Translations under genes and position numbers: made by a program
Shown: positions 35,861 to 48,525 of the stretch, in pieces
Layout: each line of letters begins with the position of its first letter
How positions within the stretch are numbered: position 1 is the stretch's first letter
NCBI RefSeq assembly: GCF_004010195.1
Contig: NC_057754.1
Span: 6,688,127 to 6,752,126 of the forward strand
DNA length: 64,000 bases
Direction of reading: 5' to 3'
Source of the DNA: Chiloscyllium plagiosum
Lineage: Eukaryota
The notes under the pieces: model-generated
What the model was told of the DNA's origin: nothing
Database searches by the model: none
Seen by the model: the letters and a program-made list of their open reading frames with translations, nothing else

Positions 35861-36359
35861 ACTGTTTCTTGTTTTTGGAGACGTTGCATTTTCCGTTTGT
35901 CCAAACACAAATATGAGGGGAAGTGTCATGTGTTCAGGATGTTCCTCCACAGACGCTGCCAGATGTCTGGAAATCAGTTTTGACACAAGCCTGTCTGTGT
36001 CACAATATCAGGAGGACCTTCCTTATCCTGATTCCCTGTGGTGTTTGCTGGAGGCTTCACTCCCTTCTGTGTCCCGCTGCTCTGCTCATCACGACTTCAT
36101 TGAAATTTCCAAAGGGTGATGGTGTTACCCTTCTGTCAGACTGCACACAGCTCAGCTTCTCAACTAAGTCAGTCAGGCCCACTGAAGGTACACCTTCATG
36201 GATGATATTGTTACGAACAACTCTAAATCAAGCAAAGACGTAAAGATAATTACAGAAAGGTTTAAACTGTCATGTAAGGGCTCTTGTGTGTATTGGTAAG
36301 GTCGCTGCCTCTCAGGCAGGAGACCCAGGCTGATTAGAATATCTACACTTCTCAAAAAG

Positions 36360-36790
36360 AACACACACACAAACACACACACATACATTCACTCTCACAC
36401 ACACACAGAGACATACACACACACATGCACTCATACACATACTCATACGCACACGTACAAGTACACACATTCATTCACTCACTCACATACACACTCATAC
36501 ACTCACTCACACACATACAAGTACACACAACATTCACTCACACACAGACATGCACACACTCATGCACTCACACACACATCATACAAATACTGACAAGCAC
36601 ATGCAAACGCACTGACACACACACACTCACTCAACCACATGCAGACTGACACACACACAAACATAGACATACACTCGCGCACACAAGCGCAAACTGACAT
36701 ATAAACACTGACACAAACCCTGCACACGGCACGTACACTCCACACGCGACATATACTATGTACAGCCACTGTATATGTACAGACACATCA
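36360..36790. repeat. Degenerate (CA)n tract
   Basis: Direct reading. Confidence 0.9.
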
Positions 36791-37419
36791 CCTCTCCTTA
36801 TCTACCCTATCAAGCCCACTGAGATACTTGTGTGTTCCTATAAAGGTGAGATACCCTCCTAACCTCGTATGAATCTCCAATCCATGTCAATTTTACAAAC
36901 GTCTTATCAACCCTTTCTCCAACGTCCATCACGTTTCGTCTTTGACGTATTTGTTAATTGACGAAGTGTCTTCCTCTGTTCACTAACTATTTCTTGGGGA
37001 ATATTAAGCTCACTTGCGGCTGTTAGAATATTTGTCATCTTGGCCAGCACTCAACTCTTTCATTTTAAATTGAGCAGTCCTGCTGGTTGTTCCTTCCCAG
37101 AGGCAACGTGATGGATCATCTTGAAGCTGTCAGTCTTACTGATTAGCTGGGAGAGTGTTTTTTACAATTGGCAGAAAGATCCCTGTGTGGACTTGCAGAT
37201 TAATTAACGGTGTCTCCCCTCGCTGGAGTCCTGCACGTGAAATCAAGTCCTGCATCCTCCAAAGCTGACACAGAAGTTACAGATTTGTAAAGAAATACTC
37301 AAAATTCCCCAATATATCTGACAGCTGGACACAGAGCAGGTGAAAACACTGTCCAAAATTAGCAAATCTACCCGTTATTACAAATAATTAGACTCTAGGT
37401 ACAAGTCAGCTGAACTTTC

Positions 37420-38092
37420 CACATCCTTGGAGTTACCATTGACCAGAAACTTGACTAGACTCACCACATAAACACACTGGCTACAAGAGCAGGTCAGAGG
37501 CTGGGAATCCTGCAGCGAGTAACTCCCCTCTTGACGTTCACCCCCCGCCCCACCCCCACAACCCCCCAAAGACTCTTCACCACGAGTCAGGAGGGTGAGG
37601 GAATACTCCCCACTTGCCCCTGGATTGGGGGGCAGCTCCAAAAACACTCGAGAAGCTTGACACCATCCAGGGGAAAGCAGCCCCCACTCGATTGGCACCA
37701 CACCCCCTCCCTCCACCCCTCCTCCCCCCCTCAGTAGCAGCAGTGTGTACCATCTACAAGACGCACAGCAGCAACTCCGAGGCTCCTCAGGCAGCACCTT
37801 CCAAACTCACAACCACTTCCATTTAGAAGGACAAGGGGCAGCAGACACATGGGAACACCACCCCCCTGCAAATTCCCACCACTCCCATCCCGACTTGGGA
37901 ATATATCGGCCATTCCTGGGGTCAGAATCCTGGAATTCTCTCCCTCGGGCATTGTGGGTCTAACCCACAGCACACGGACTGCAGCGGTTCAAGATGGCAG
38001 CTCACTCCCACCTTCTCAAGGGGGCAATTAGAGATGGGGGCGATAAATACTGGACCCAGGCAGGAATGCACACATCCCCTGAGTGAATAAAA
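37420..38092 (+). mobile_element. CR1/L2-clade LINE 3' fragment (second family)
   Basis: AAPKTLEKLDTIQGKAA...SVAAVCTIYK; homologous to 4030-4632. Confidence 0.75.
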
Positions 38093-38786
38093 GGAGAATC
38101 ATTGACCCTTCGTGGATTCGATATGCAGGGTGTGAACTCATACAAGGGACCGATGGGTCTCCAGTGTTGTAACCCTCTGTGGTACAAAATAATGAGGGGC
38201 AAAGAGAATAAGTCCTCCTCAGGATTTGGGGAGAGGAGTTACCATGAAGAGACCACTGTATTCAATTGCCGATTCATCCCCACACGGAGTTTTAATCCTG
38301 TCATCATCTGGGAATGGGTGGTAGTCCTGGAGGCAGAGGGGAGGGTGTGAGTGAGGGGGAGGAGCAGGTGGTTGTGTGTGTGCATGAGGGGGCGTGAGTG
38401 GCAAGGGGAATTCTGCTGCCTAGCTTCCAAATCTCAGCTGCCAACAAGTCAGATTAATCTTCTCTACAGCCACCACCACACCTCCCCCCAAACAGGGATT
38501 GGATGGGGTGCGGTGTAAATCGCATACATTCCCATTCGCTCTTGGCCTTTCCTTGCAGTTATGGTTGGAGGTCAAGTCGGTCATCTTTGACATTGGCCGA
38601 ACTGAAAAGGTCACCGTGCGGTGTTCTTCCTAACCTTTAGGGGGTGTTCTAATCAACTTTTAACTATTCAGCAGGACCCAGGGAGAAGGACTGACCACTC
38701 TGTCTGGGCTGGGGGAGGTCAAAGGCGAGGGGTCGTCCTCTTAACTCTAGAGTCAACCCATTCAGGAGTGAAGTCTGGGAGTACTT

Positions 38787-39262
38787 AGAGTCATAGAGTC
38801 ATAGAGATGCACCCATAGAGATGTACAGTACGGAAAGAGAACCTTCGGTCCAACTCGTCCGTGCCAACCAGATATCCTAAATTAATCCAGTTCCATTTGC
38901 CAGCATTTGGCTCATAGCCCTCTAAACCCTTTCTCTTCATGTTCCCATCCAGATGCCTTTTAAATGTTGTCATTGTACCAGCCTCCACCTCTTCCTCTGG
39001 CAGCTCATTCCATACACACACCACCCTCTGTGTGAAAACGTTGCCCCTTAGGTCCCTTTTATATCTTTCCCCTCTCACCCGAAACCTATGCCTTCTAATT
39101 CTGGGCTCCCCGACCCCAGGGAAAAGACCTTGTCTATTTACCCTATCCATGCCTCCTCATGACCTTATAAACCTCTATAAGGTCACCCCTCGGTCTCCGA
39201 TGCTCCAGGGAAAACAGCCCCAGCCTATTCAGCCTCTCCCTACAGCTCAAACCTTCCAAACC
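38787..39262 (-). mobile_element. CR1 3' fragment
   Basis: ORF 38791-39150; (GACTCTAT)n tail. Confidence 0.92.
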
Positions 39263-39394
39263 TGATGACGAGGGGCGTAACTTGAGTCTTTGTCTTGTAA
39301 CATCTGGAGGAACAATCAGAGTCTGTTAAGATGCAGATCGGTAGATAGAAGACGCGCAAGAATAGGAGGAAGTAAATGGCTTCGTGGTAAAGTT

Positions 39395-39900
39395 TAATTT
39401 GATTGGATTCACTTTATTATTGTCACATGTACCAAGATACAGTGAAAAGTTTTATTTTACCTGCAATCCAGACAAATCCTACTTCCACAGGTACATTGGG
39501 GTAACAGTACAGAATACAGTGTTAGGGTTACAGAGAAGGTACAGAGAGAGATCAATTCTAATTTATGAGAGGGCCTGTTCATGAGTCTGATAACAGCGGG
39601 GAAGAAGCTGTTCTTGAACTTGTCAGTCCGTGTGTTTGAGCTTTTGTCCCTCCTGCCTGAGGGAAGAGGGTAGGAGAGATTATAACCGGGGTGGGAGGGG
39701 TCTCTGATGATGTCAGCTGCCTTCCCAAGGCAGTGGGGAGTGTAGATGGAGTCGGTGGATGGAAGGTTGGTGATGGACTGGGCTGTGCGCACAGCTCCCT
39801 GGAGTTTCTCACGGTCCCGGGGAGAGCAGTTGGTGCACCAGGCCATGATGCATCCGGTTAGGATGCTTTCTGTGGGTGCATCTGTAAACCTTGGTAAGAT
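39395..39900 (-). mobile_element. Rex1/Babar-like LINE 3' fragment
   Basis: LPSGRRDK..RTDKFKNSFFPAVIRLMN. Confidence 0.8.
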
Positions 39901-40079
39901 ATTATTGCTCCACTGTTAATCCAGAGACCTAGGTAATGTTTTGCGGACTGGGGTTCAAATCCCAAATTTGATTTCAATAAAAATCCAGAATTAAGAATCC
40001 AGTAATGATTACGAAACCATCGTCAATTGTCAGAAAAACCCATCCGGTCCATTAGGGAAGGAAACTGCCATCTTTAGTG

Positions 40080-41948
40080 GTCCCAGGTTCGATTCCAGCC
40101 TTGGGTGAGTGTCTGTATGGGGATTAGATGTTCTCCCTGTTCTGCATGAGCTCCATCCGGGTACTCCGGTTTCCTCCCACAGTACAAAGATGTGCAGGTT
40201 AAGGTGGATTGGGCGTGCTAAATTGTCCCATAGTGTCCAGGGATGTGCAGGTTAGAGTGGATTGGCCGTGCTAAATTGCCCCATAGTGCCCAGGAATGTG
40301 CAGGTTAGGGTGGATTGGCCGTGCTAAACTGTCCCATAGTGCCCAGGAATGTGCAGGTTATGGTGGATTGGCCGTGCTAAATTGTCCCATAGTGTCCAGG
40401 GATGTGCAGGTTAGGGTGGATTGGCCGTGCTAAATTGTCCCATAGTGCCCAGGGATGTGCAGGTTAGGGGGGGTTGGCCGTGCTAAATTGTCCCATAGTG
40501 CCCAGGGACGTGCAGGTTAGGGTGGATTGGCNNNNNNNNNNNNNNNNNNNNNNNNNNNNNNNNNNNNNNNNNNNNNNNNNNNNNNNNNNNNNNNNNNNNN
40601 NNNNNNNNNNNNNNNNNNNNNNNNNNNNNNNNNNNNNNNNNNNNNNNNNNNNNNNNNNNNNNNNNNNNNNNNNNNNNNNNNNNNNNNNNNNNNNNNNNNN
40701 NNNNNNNNNNNNNNNNNNNNNNNNNNNNNNNNNNNNNNNNNNNNNNNNNNNNNNNNNNNNNNNNNNNNNNNNNNNNNNNNNNNNNNNNNNNNNNNNNNNN
40801 NNNNNNNNNNNNNNNNNNNNNNNNNNNNNNNNNNNNNNNNNNNNNNNNNNNNNNNNNNNNNNNNNNNNNNNNNNNNNNNNNNNNNNNNNNNNNNNNNNNN
40901 NNNNNNNNNNNNNNNNNNNNNNNNNNNNNNNNNNNNNNNNNNNNNNNNNNNNNNNNNNNNNNNNNNNNNNNNNNNNNNNNNNNNNNNNNNNNNNNNNNNN
41001 NNNNNNNNNNNNNNNNNNNNNNNNNNNNNNNNNNNNNNNNNNNNNNNNNNNNNNNNNNNNNNNNNNNNNNNNNNNNNNNNNNNNNNNNNNNNNNNNNNNN
41101 NNNNNNNNNNNNNNNNNNNNNNNNNNNNNNNNNNNNNNNNNNNNNNNNNNNNNNNNNNNNNNNNNNNNNNNNNNNNNNNNNNNNNNNNNNNNNNNNNNNN
41201 NNNNNNNNNNNNNNNNNNNNNNNNNNNNNNNNNNNNNNNNNNNNNNNNNNNNNNNNNNNNNNNNNNNNNNNNNNNNNNNNNNNNNNNNNNNNNNNNNNNN
41301 NNNNNNNNNNNNNNNNNNNNNNNNNNNNNNNNNNNNNNNNNNNNNNNNNNNNNNNNNNNNNNNNNNNNNNNNNNNNNNNNNNNNNNNNNNNNNNNNNNNN
41401 NNNNNNNNNNNNNNNNNNNNNNNNNNNNNNNNNNNNNNNNNNNNNNNNNNNNNNNNNNNNNNNNNNNNNNNNTAAATTGTCCCATAGTGTTCAGGGATGT
41501 GCAGGTTAGGGTGGATTGGCCGTGCTAAATTGTCCCATAGTGTTCAGGGATGTGCAGGTTAGGGTGGATTGGCCGTGCTAAATTGTCCCATAGTGCTCAG
41601 GGATGTGCAGGTTAGGGGTGGAATGTAGGTGCTAAATTGTCCCATAGTGTCCAGGGATGTGCAGGTTAGGGTGGATTGCCCGTGCTAAATTGTCCCATAG
41701 TGCCCAGGGATGTGCAGGTTAGGGGTGGAATGTACGTGCTAAATTGTCCCACAGTGTTCAGGGATGTGCAGGTTAGGGCGGATTGACCATGCTAAATTGT
41801 CCCATAGTGCCCAGGGATGTGCAGGTTAGAGTGGATTGACCATGTTAAATTGCCCATTAGTCAGTGGGAAATAGTCTGGGTGGGTTACTCTTTGGAGGGT
41901 CGGTGTGGATTGGTTGGGCTGAAAGGCCTGTTTCCGCGCTGTAGGAAA
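40080..41948 (+). mobile_element. HE1/V-SINE with long 53-bp array spanning a gap
   Basis: About 7 units on each side of N-gap 40532-41472; SINE head before and tail after. Confidence 0.85.
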
Positions 41949-43298
41949 TCTGATCTTACCTGGTCTGGGCCTACACGTGTCTCCAGACCCACAGTGATGT
42001 GGTTGTCTCTCAACTGCCCCCCTCTGGGCAATTAGGGATGAGGCAATAAAAGCTGGGCCCTTGCCAGTGATGCCCACATCCCTGTGAACGAATAACAAGT
42101 CAGGTGCATGAAGCGAAGGAGGGAGCATGGGATTGTATCACCATGATCCAACCAAAATGGCGGAACAGATTGGAGGCTCAGAATACATTCTTCTTGCTCC
42201 TCAGACCCAGACACTGATACTGCCACAGGGTTGAGAATAAGGAGGGATTCTGATATAGGTGAACACCCCTATCCCTGTCCTCAGCCCGTCGACTTTCTCA
42301 GCTGGCTTTTCATTGCAATTCCCGGATCTGGGGTTTGCCGAGGCTTGAGCATCTGATGATTGGCAGTCAACTGCTAGGCTCTGCTTGGCATTGGAGCCAA
42401 GCGGGCAGAAGGAAACACTGGCAACTATCTGTCAGTCGTCATTGATTGGTCCATTCTCCATGCTGACACCTCCGTGAATCAGACTCCATTTGCTAATCAG
42501 TCAGCACTCTCTTCCTGCACAGTTAATGTTCCCCTTAAGTTGGTATTTCTCGCAAAGGGTCCTGATCAGTGGAAAAGAATGGGCATATTTTAATTTCGCC
42601 AGATTGTTGCCTCTGGGCTGGGCTCCCTGCCCTGCGGGACTCTAGGTTTTGTCTTGACCGACCCCTGTCTGTTTTTGTAAATATTGCGAGCGGAAATCGA
42701 CCCATTCTGGGCGCAACCCCGCCTCGTGAAAGCTAGAATTTACCTGTGGGGGCCCAGTGGCCATTCCTGCTTCAAGGGCAAGCAGCAGTGCACAGGACCT
42801 GCTCCCAGGTGCGGGATAGGGGGCTTTGAGTTGTCAAAGCTTGACCTCACCACACCCCACCCCTCGGAAAACTGTACTTTGGTCTCTAAGCCAAAGGGAA
42901 CCGCAATTCAATTAGCTTTTACAGCCGTTTATCGTACCTCTACTGGACATTTTAACAGCCTAGCAGGTGTGGGAGATATTTATCAGGAACATAGTGGAGC
43001 CAAGACCAGGTTGTGTTGAGGGTTAAACTGGCAGCAGAGTCTCAGACACGTCTAGACGGTATTGTACCCTTGTGAGACATTACCTGCGAGCTCCTCACTG
43101 CTCCTGCAGCCAACAGTCCTCTCATACTAGGGCCTTGATCCCAGCTAGTGAGAAATAACCACTGTGCTTCATGTCCTGAACGTTGAGCAGGTGGGGGTTT
43201 GCAGACCCGGGGTGGACTGACATGACAAATTCATCACACTCCCCTCTCGCTGCTTTCTCAGTTGCTCAATTTCAAACCATCACCACCTTCGAATCGCA

Positions 43299-43690
43299 GT
43301 GTGTGAGAGTCTGTGTGTGTGTGTTTGTGTGTGTGTTTGAGTGTGTGAGAGAGAGAATATGTGTGCATGAGAGAAAGTGTGAGAGTGTGTCAGAAATTGA
43401 GAATGTGTGCACGTTTCTGTGTTTGAGTGTGTGTGTTTGTGAGAGAGAGAAAATGTGTCTGTATGTGTGAGTGAACGTGTATGTATGTGTGTTTGAGAGA
43501 ATGTGTATGTGTGTGTGAGAGAGAAAAAAATGTGTGCATGATAGAGTGTGTGAGAGAACGTGTGTGTGTGTGTGTCAGAAATTGGGAATGTGTGTGCCCG
43601 TTTGTGTGTGTTTCTGCATGTGGGAGTGTGCGTGTGTGTGTCTCTATGTGTGTGTAGGTGTCTCTGCGTGTGTGGATGCGTTTGTGAGCA
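43299..43690. repeat. Degenerate (GT)/(GA)n tract
   Basis: Direct reading. Confidence 0.9.
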
Positions 43691-43764
43691 GCTGCCTCTC
43701 AGCCCTGAGTTTGATCTGAATGGCTAGGCTAATTGTTCGGCTCTCCAAAATAACATTGCCCTAT

Positions 43765-44165
43765 CGCAGTGGCTCAGTGGTTCAGTGATTAGCGCTGCTG
43801 CCTCATGGTGTCAGGGACCAAAGTTCGATCCCACCCTTGGGCGACTGTATGTGTGGAGTTTGCACATTCTCCCCGTGTCTGCGTGGGGTATCCTCCGGGT
43901 GTTCCTGTTTCCTCTCACAGTCCAAAGATGTGCAGGTTAGGGTGGATTGGCCGTGCTAAATTGTCCCATAGTGCCCAGAGATGAGCAGGTCAGGGTGGAT
44001 TGGCCGTGCTAAATTGTCCCATAGTGCCCAGGGATGTGCAGGTTAGGGTGGGTTAGCCACGGGAAATGCAGGGTTATAGGGATAGGTTTGAGGGTGTTAG
44101 GTTTGGCTGGGTGGTCTTCAGAGGATCAGTGTGGACTCGATGGGCCGAATGGTATTCTATGATTC
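43765..44165 (+). mobile_element. HE1/V-SINE with about 3 units
   Basis: Head, V-domain, units, tail. Confidence 0.85.
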
Positions 44166-44225
44166 AGGTGGTGGGAATGCAGGAATTAAAAAAACTGGCG
44201 AGCCCAATTCCAGCCCGTCAACAAT

Positions 44226-45602
44226 TAGAGTCATAGAGATGTCCGGATGGAAACAGACTCTTCAGTCCAACTCATCCATGCCGACCAGATATCCCAACCT
44301 AATCTAGTCCCATCTGCCAGCACCCAGCCCATATCCATCCAAACCCTTCCTATTTATGTCCCCATCCAGATGCCTTTTAAATGTTGGCATTATACCAGCC
44401 TCCACCACTTCCTCTGGTAACTCATTCCATACACACACCGCCCTCTGTGTGAAAAAGTTGCCCCTTAGGTCTCTTTTATATCTTTCCCCTCTCAGCCTAA
44501 AGCTTTGCCCTCTAGTTCTGGACTCCCCCTCCCCAGGGAAGAGACTTTGTCTATTTATCCTATCCATGCCCCTTGTGATTTTATAAACCTCTGTAAGGTC
44601 ACTCCTCAGCCTCCGATGCTCCAGAGAAAACAGCTCCAGCCTGTTCAGCCTCTCCCTGTAGTCAAACCCTCCAACCCTGGCAACCTTTGTAAATCTTTTC
44701 TGAACCCTTTCAAGTTTCACAACATCTTTCCGACAGGAGGTAGACCAGAATTGCACGCAATATTCCACACACCCCTCTGTCTTCTACCTTTGAGCCAGTT
44801 CTATATCCAAATGACGAGTTCTCCCTCTATTCCATGAATTCTAAACTTGCTAATCAGTCTCCTACGGGGAACCTTGTTGAACGCCTTACTGAAGTCCATA
44901 TAGATCACATCTACCGCTCTGCCCTCATCAATCCTCTTTGTTACTTCTTCAAAAAACTCAGTCAAGTTCATGAGACACAATTCCCACACACAAAGCCATG
45001 TTGACTATCCCTAATCAGTCCTTGCCTTTCCAAGACATGTAAATCCTGTCCCTCACGATTCCCTCCAACAACTTGCCCACCACCAGTGTGAGGCTGACCA
45101 GTCTATAGATTTCTGGCTTGTCCTTACCACCCTTCTTAAACAGTGGCACCACGTTAGCCAACCTCCAGTCTTCCAGCACCTCACCTGTGACTATCGATGA
45201 TACAAATATCTCAGTGAGGGGCCCAGCTGTCACTTCTCTAGCTTCCCACAGAGTTCTGGGGTACACCTGATCAGGTCCTAGGGATTTATCCAACTTTTTG
45301 CGCTTCAAGACATCCAGCACTTTCTGCTCTGTAATATGGACATTTTTCAAGATGTCACCAACTATTTCCCTATATTCTATATCTTCCATGTCCTTTTCCA
45401 CAATAAACACTGATGCAAAATACTCATTTAGTATTCACCCCATCTCCACACAAAGGCCGCCTTGCTGATCTTTGAGGGGGCCTATTCTCCCCCTAGTTAC
45501 CCTTTTGTCCTTAATGTATTTGTAAAAGCCTTTTGGATTCTCCTTAATTCTATTTGCCAAAACTACCTCATGTCCCCTTTTTGCCCTCCTGATTTCCCTC
45601 TG
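44226..45602 (-). mobile_element. CR1 LINE with internal deletions
   Basis: IKENPKGFYKYIK; WRLANVVPLFKKG; VIYMDFSKAFNKVP; joined at about 44767 to EYCVQFWS. Confidence 0.95.
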
Positions 45603-45959
45603 AAGTATACTCCGATTGAAATGGGTTAGAGTAGTTAGATGCTTATTAGGTATGATGGGCTGAAGGGCCCTTACTTGTGCTGTAGACTTTGTGACGTGAG
45701 AATGCCCCAGGATAAGACCATAACCATGAAGGATAGGAGTCGACTTAGACCATTGGGCCCATTTGATCAAGGATGATATGTCTCTCAGCCCCCACTCTCC
45801 TGACTTCTCCTCTTTGACAAAGAGTGCAGGGCTAGTACAGGAAAGTGATACTGCTGTGGGTGATCAGCCATATTGGGAATGGCAGGGGTGGGGCTGAACA
45901 GCCTCAGCCAGCACCTTGTCCAATCGATATAGAGTGAATGTGTTGGGTTGCAACACGCA

Positions 45960-46760
45960 CTCATGGAATCTCTAACAGCTAGTTCGGCCCATTGGGTCCA
46001 CACTGTCCTGTCAAAGAGCATCCCAGCCAGCCCCACCCTATCCGTGTAACCTGCAATTTAGCACGGCCAACCCACCCTAACCGGCACATCCCTGGGCACT
46101 ATGAGACAATTTAGCACGGCCAATCCACCCTAACCTGCACGTCCTGGCACTATGGGACAATTTAGCACGGCCAACCCACCCTAACCGGCACATCCCTGGG
46201 CACTATGAGACAATGTAGCACGGCCAACCCACCCTAACCCACACATCCCTAGGCACTATGGGACAATTTAGCATGGCCAACCCACCCTAACCTGCACATC
46301 CCTGGACACTATGGGACAATTTAACACAGCCAATCCACCCTAACCTGCACATCCCTGGACACTATGGGACAATTTAGCACGTCCAACCCACCCTAACCTG
46401 CACCTCCCTGGACACTATGGGACACTTTAGCACGGCCAATCCACCCTAAGCTGCACATCCCTGGACAGTATGGGACAATGTAGCACGGCCAACCCACCCT
46501 AACCCGCACATCCCGAGGCACTATGGGACAATTTAGCACGGTCAATCCACCTTAGCCTGCACATCCCTGGGTACTATGGGATAATTTAGCACGGCCAATC
46601 CACCCTAACCTGCACATCCCTGGGCACTATGGGCACATATCCCTCCAAACCTTTCCTGTTCATGCCCTTATCCAAATGTCTTAAACATCCCTGGGTACTA
46701 TGGGATAATTTAGCACGGCCAATCCACCCTAACCTGCACATCCCTGGGCACAATGGGCAC
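45960..46760 (-). mobile_element. SINE tail plus about 12 x 53-bp array
   Basis: Reverse-complement units from 46055. Confidence 0.88.
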
Positions 46761-46769
46761 ATCTCACCT

Positions 46770-47145
46770 GGCACATATCCCTCCAAACCTTTCCTGTTCA
46801 TGCCCTTATCCAAATGTCTTAAACGATGTAACTGCACCCGCACCCATCACTTCCTCAGTAAGTTCATTCCACACACAAACTACTCTCTGTGTAAGAAATT
46901 TGCTCCTCGTGTCCTTTTCAAATTTCTCTCCTCTCACCTTAAAAATGTACCCCTGAGTCTTGTAACCCCCATCTTGGGGAAAAGACGTCTTCCATTAACT
47001 CTATCTCTGCATCTCATTATTTTATAACCTTTTCAACCTCTTCAACTCGAGTTAAACAAGTCCTGGCCTATCCAGCCTCTCGTTATAACCCAAACCTTCC
47101 ATACCCGGCAACATCCTGGTAAATCTCTTCTGAACCATCTCTAGC
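46770..47145 (-). mobile_element. CR1 3' fragment
   Basis: Reverse complement of RT C-terminal coding region. Confidence 0.85.
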
Positions 47146-47732
47146 TCGAGAATAAACAGCCGGTGACTGGATGGTCAGAACTGGACTGTGTTACTTACAT
47201 GTTCCTGACAGACAGCATGCATTTGGAGGGACAGCGGTTAGTGACAATGCAACAGGAGGAACCTCAGCCTAACCCTAGCACAGTACATAATGGAATTTAA
47301 ACTCAGTTAAAGATAGTTTGGAGTTGAAAGTGAGCCTAATATGACCATTGGTGGCCGTAAAGTCCCCATCTGGGTCACTTTTGGGCAGTGGGGAAACCTG
47401 CCGTCCTTACCCAGTATGGGCCTACATGTGACTCCAGACCCACGGTGATGACCATTGTGGAACTTCCTGTGTCCCCTCAGTTCACTGTCCTTCTCCTCGC
47501 ATCCCACTGTGATTCAGAAACATCACAGATCCCAGATCCTCTGGCCTAATCAGCCGGAGCTTGGCTCTGCAACTCAGCTTCTCGATGGATCGGGAGAGAT
47601 GAGCGATCATGGAGACGGAATCATCACAATTCCGTCTTTCTCTGTGTTCATCTTAACACTGCTGTCCGTGCTCTCGATCCTCCTTCACCCTGTCTTCCGC
47701 TGTCTCCTTCCACATTCCGCTATGTGCCCTCA

Positions 47733-48525
47733 TCCTGTTCATTGTTACTTCACTATCCTTACTCTCTGTTCATTGTAACTCTGCTTTCCTCACTCTGTTC
47801 ATCGTTACTCTGCTGTCCTCTCTCTCTCTCTGTGTTCATTGTTACTCTGCTATCCTCTCACTCTCTGTTAATTGTTACTTTGCTATCCACTCACTCTCTG
47901 TTCATTGTTACTTTGCTATCCACTCACTCTCTGTTCATTGTTACTCTGCTATGCTCTCACTCTCTGTTCATTGTTACTTTGCTATGCTCTTTATTGTTAC
48001 TCTGCTATCCACCCATGCTGTTCATTGTTACTCTGCTATCCTCTAGTTCTCTGTTTATTGTTACTCTGCTATCCACCCATGCTGTTCATTGTTACTCTGC
48101 TATCCTCTAGTTCTCTGTTTATTGTTACTCTGCTATCCACCCATGCTGTTCATTGTTACTCTGCTATCCTCTAGTTCTCTGTTTATTGTTACTCTGCTAT
48201 CCACCCATGCTGTTCATTGTTACTCTGCTATCCTCTAGTTCTCTGTTCATTGTTACTCTGCTATCCACCCACGCTGTTCATTGTTACTCTGCTATCCTCT
48301 CACTCTCTGTTCATTGTTACTCTGCTATCCACCCACACTGTTCATTGTTACTCTGCTATCCTCTAGTTCTCTGTTTATTGTTACTCTGCTATCCACCCAT
48401 GCTGTTCATTGTTACTCTGCTATCCTCTCACTCTCTGTTCATTGTTACTCTGCTATCCTCTAGTTCTCTGTTTATTGTTACTCTGCTATCCTCTCATTCT
48501 CTGTTCATTGTTACCCTGCTTTCCA
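47733..48525 (+). repeat. 31/33-bp minisatellite with 64-bp higher-order dimer
   Basis: TGTTCATTGTTACTCTGCTATCCTCTAGTTCTC alternating with TGTTTATTGTTACTCTGCTATCCACCCATGC. Confidence 0.92.

Noticed and set aside
40474..41528. Long ORFs across N-runs (also 9679-10390, 12670-13467, 26006-26826, 60587-61574)
   Set aside because: Assembly gaps translated as X
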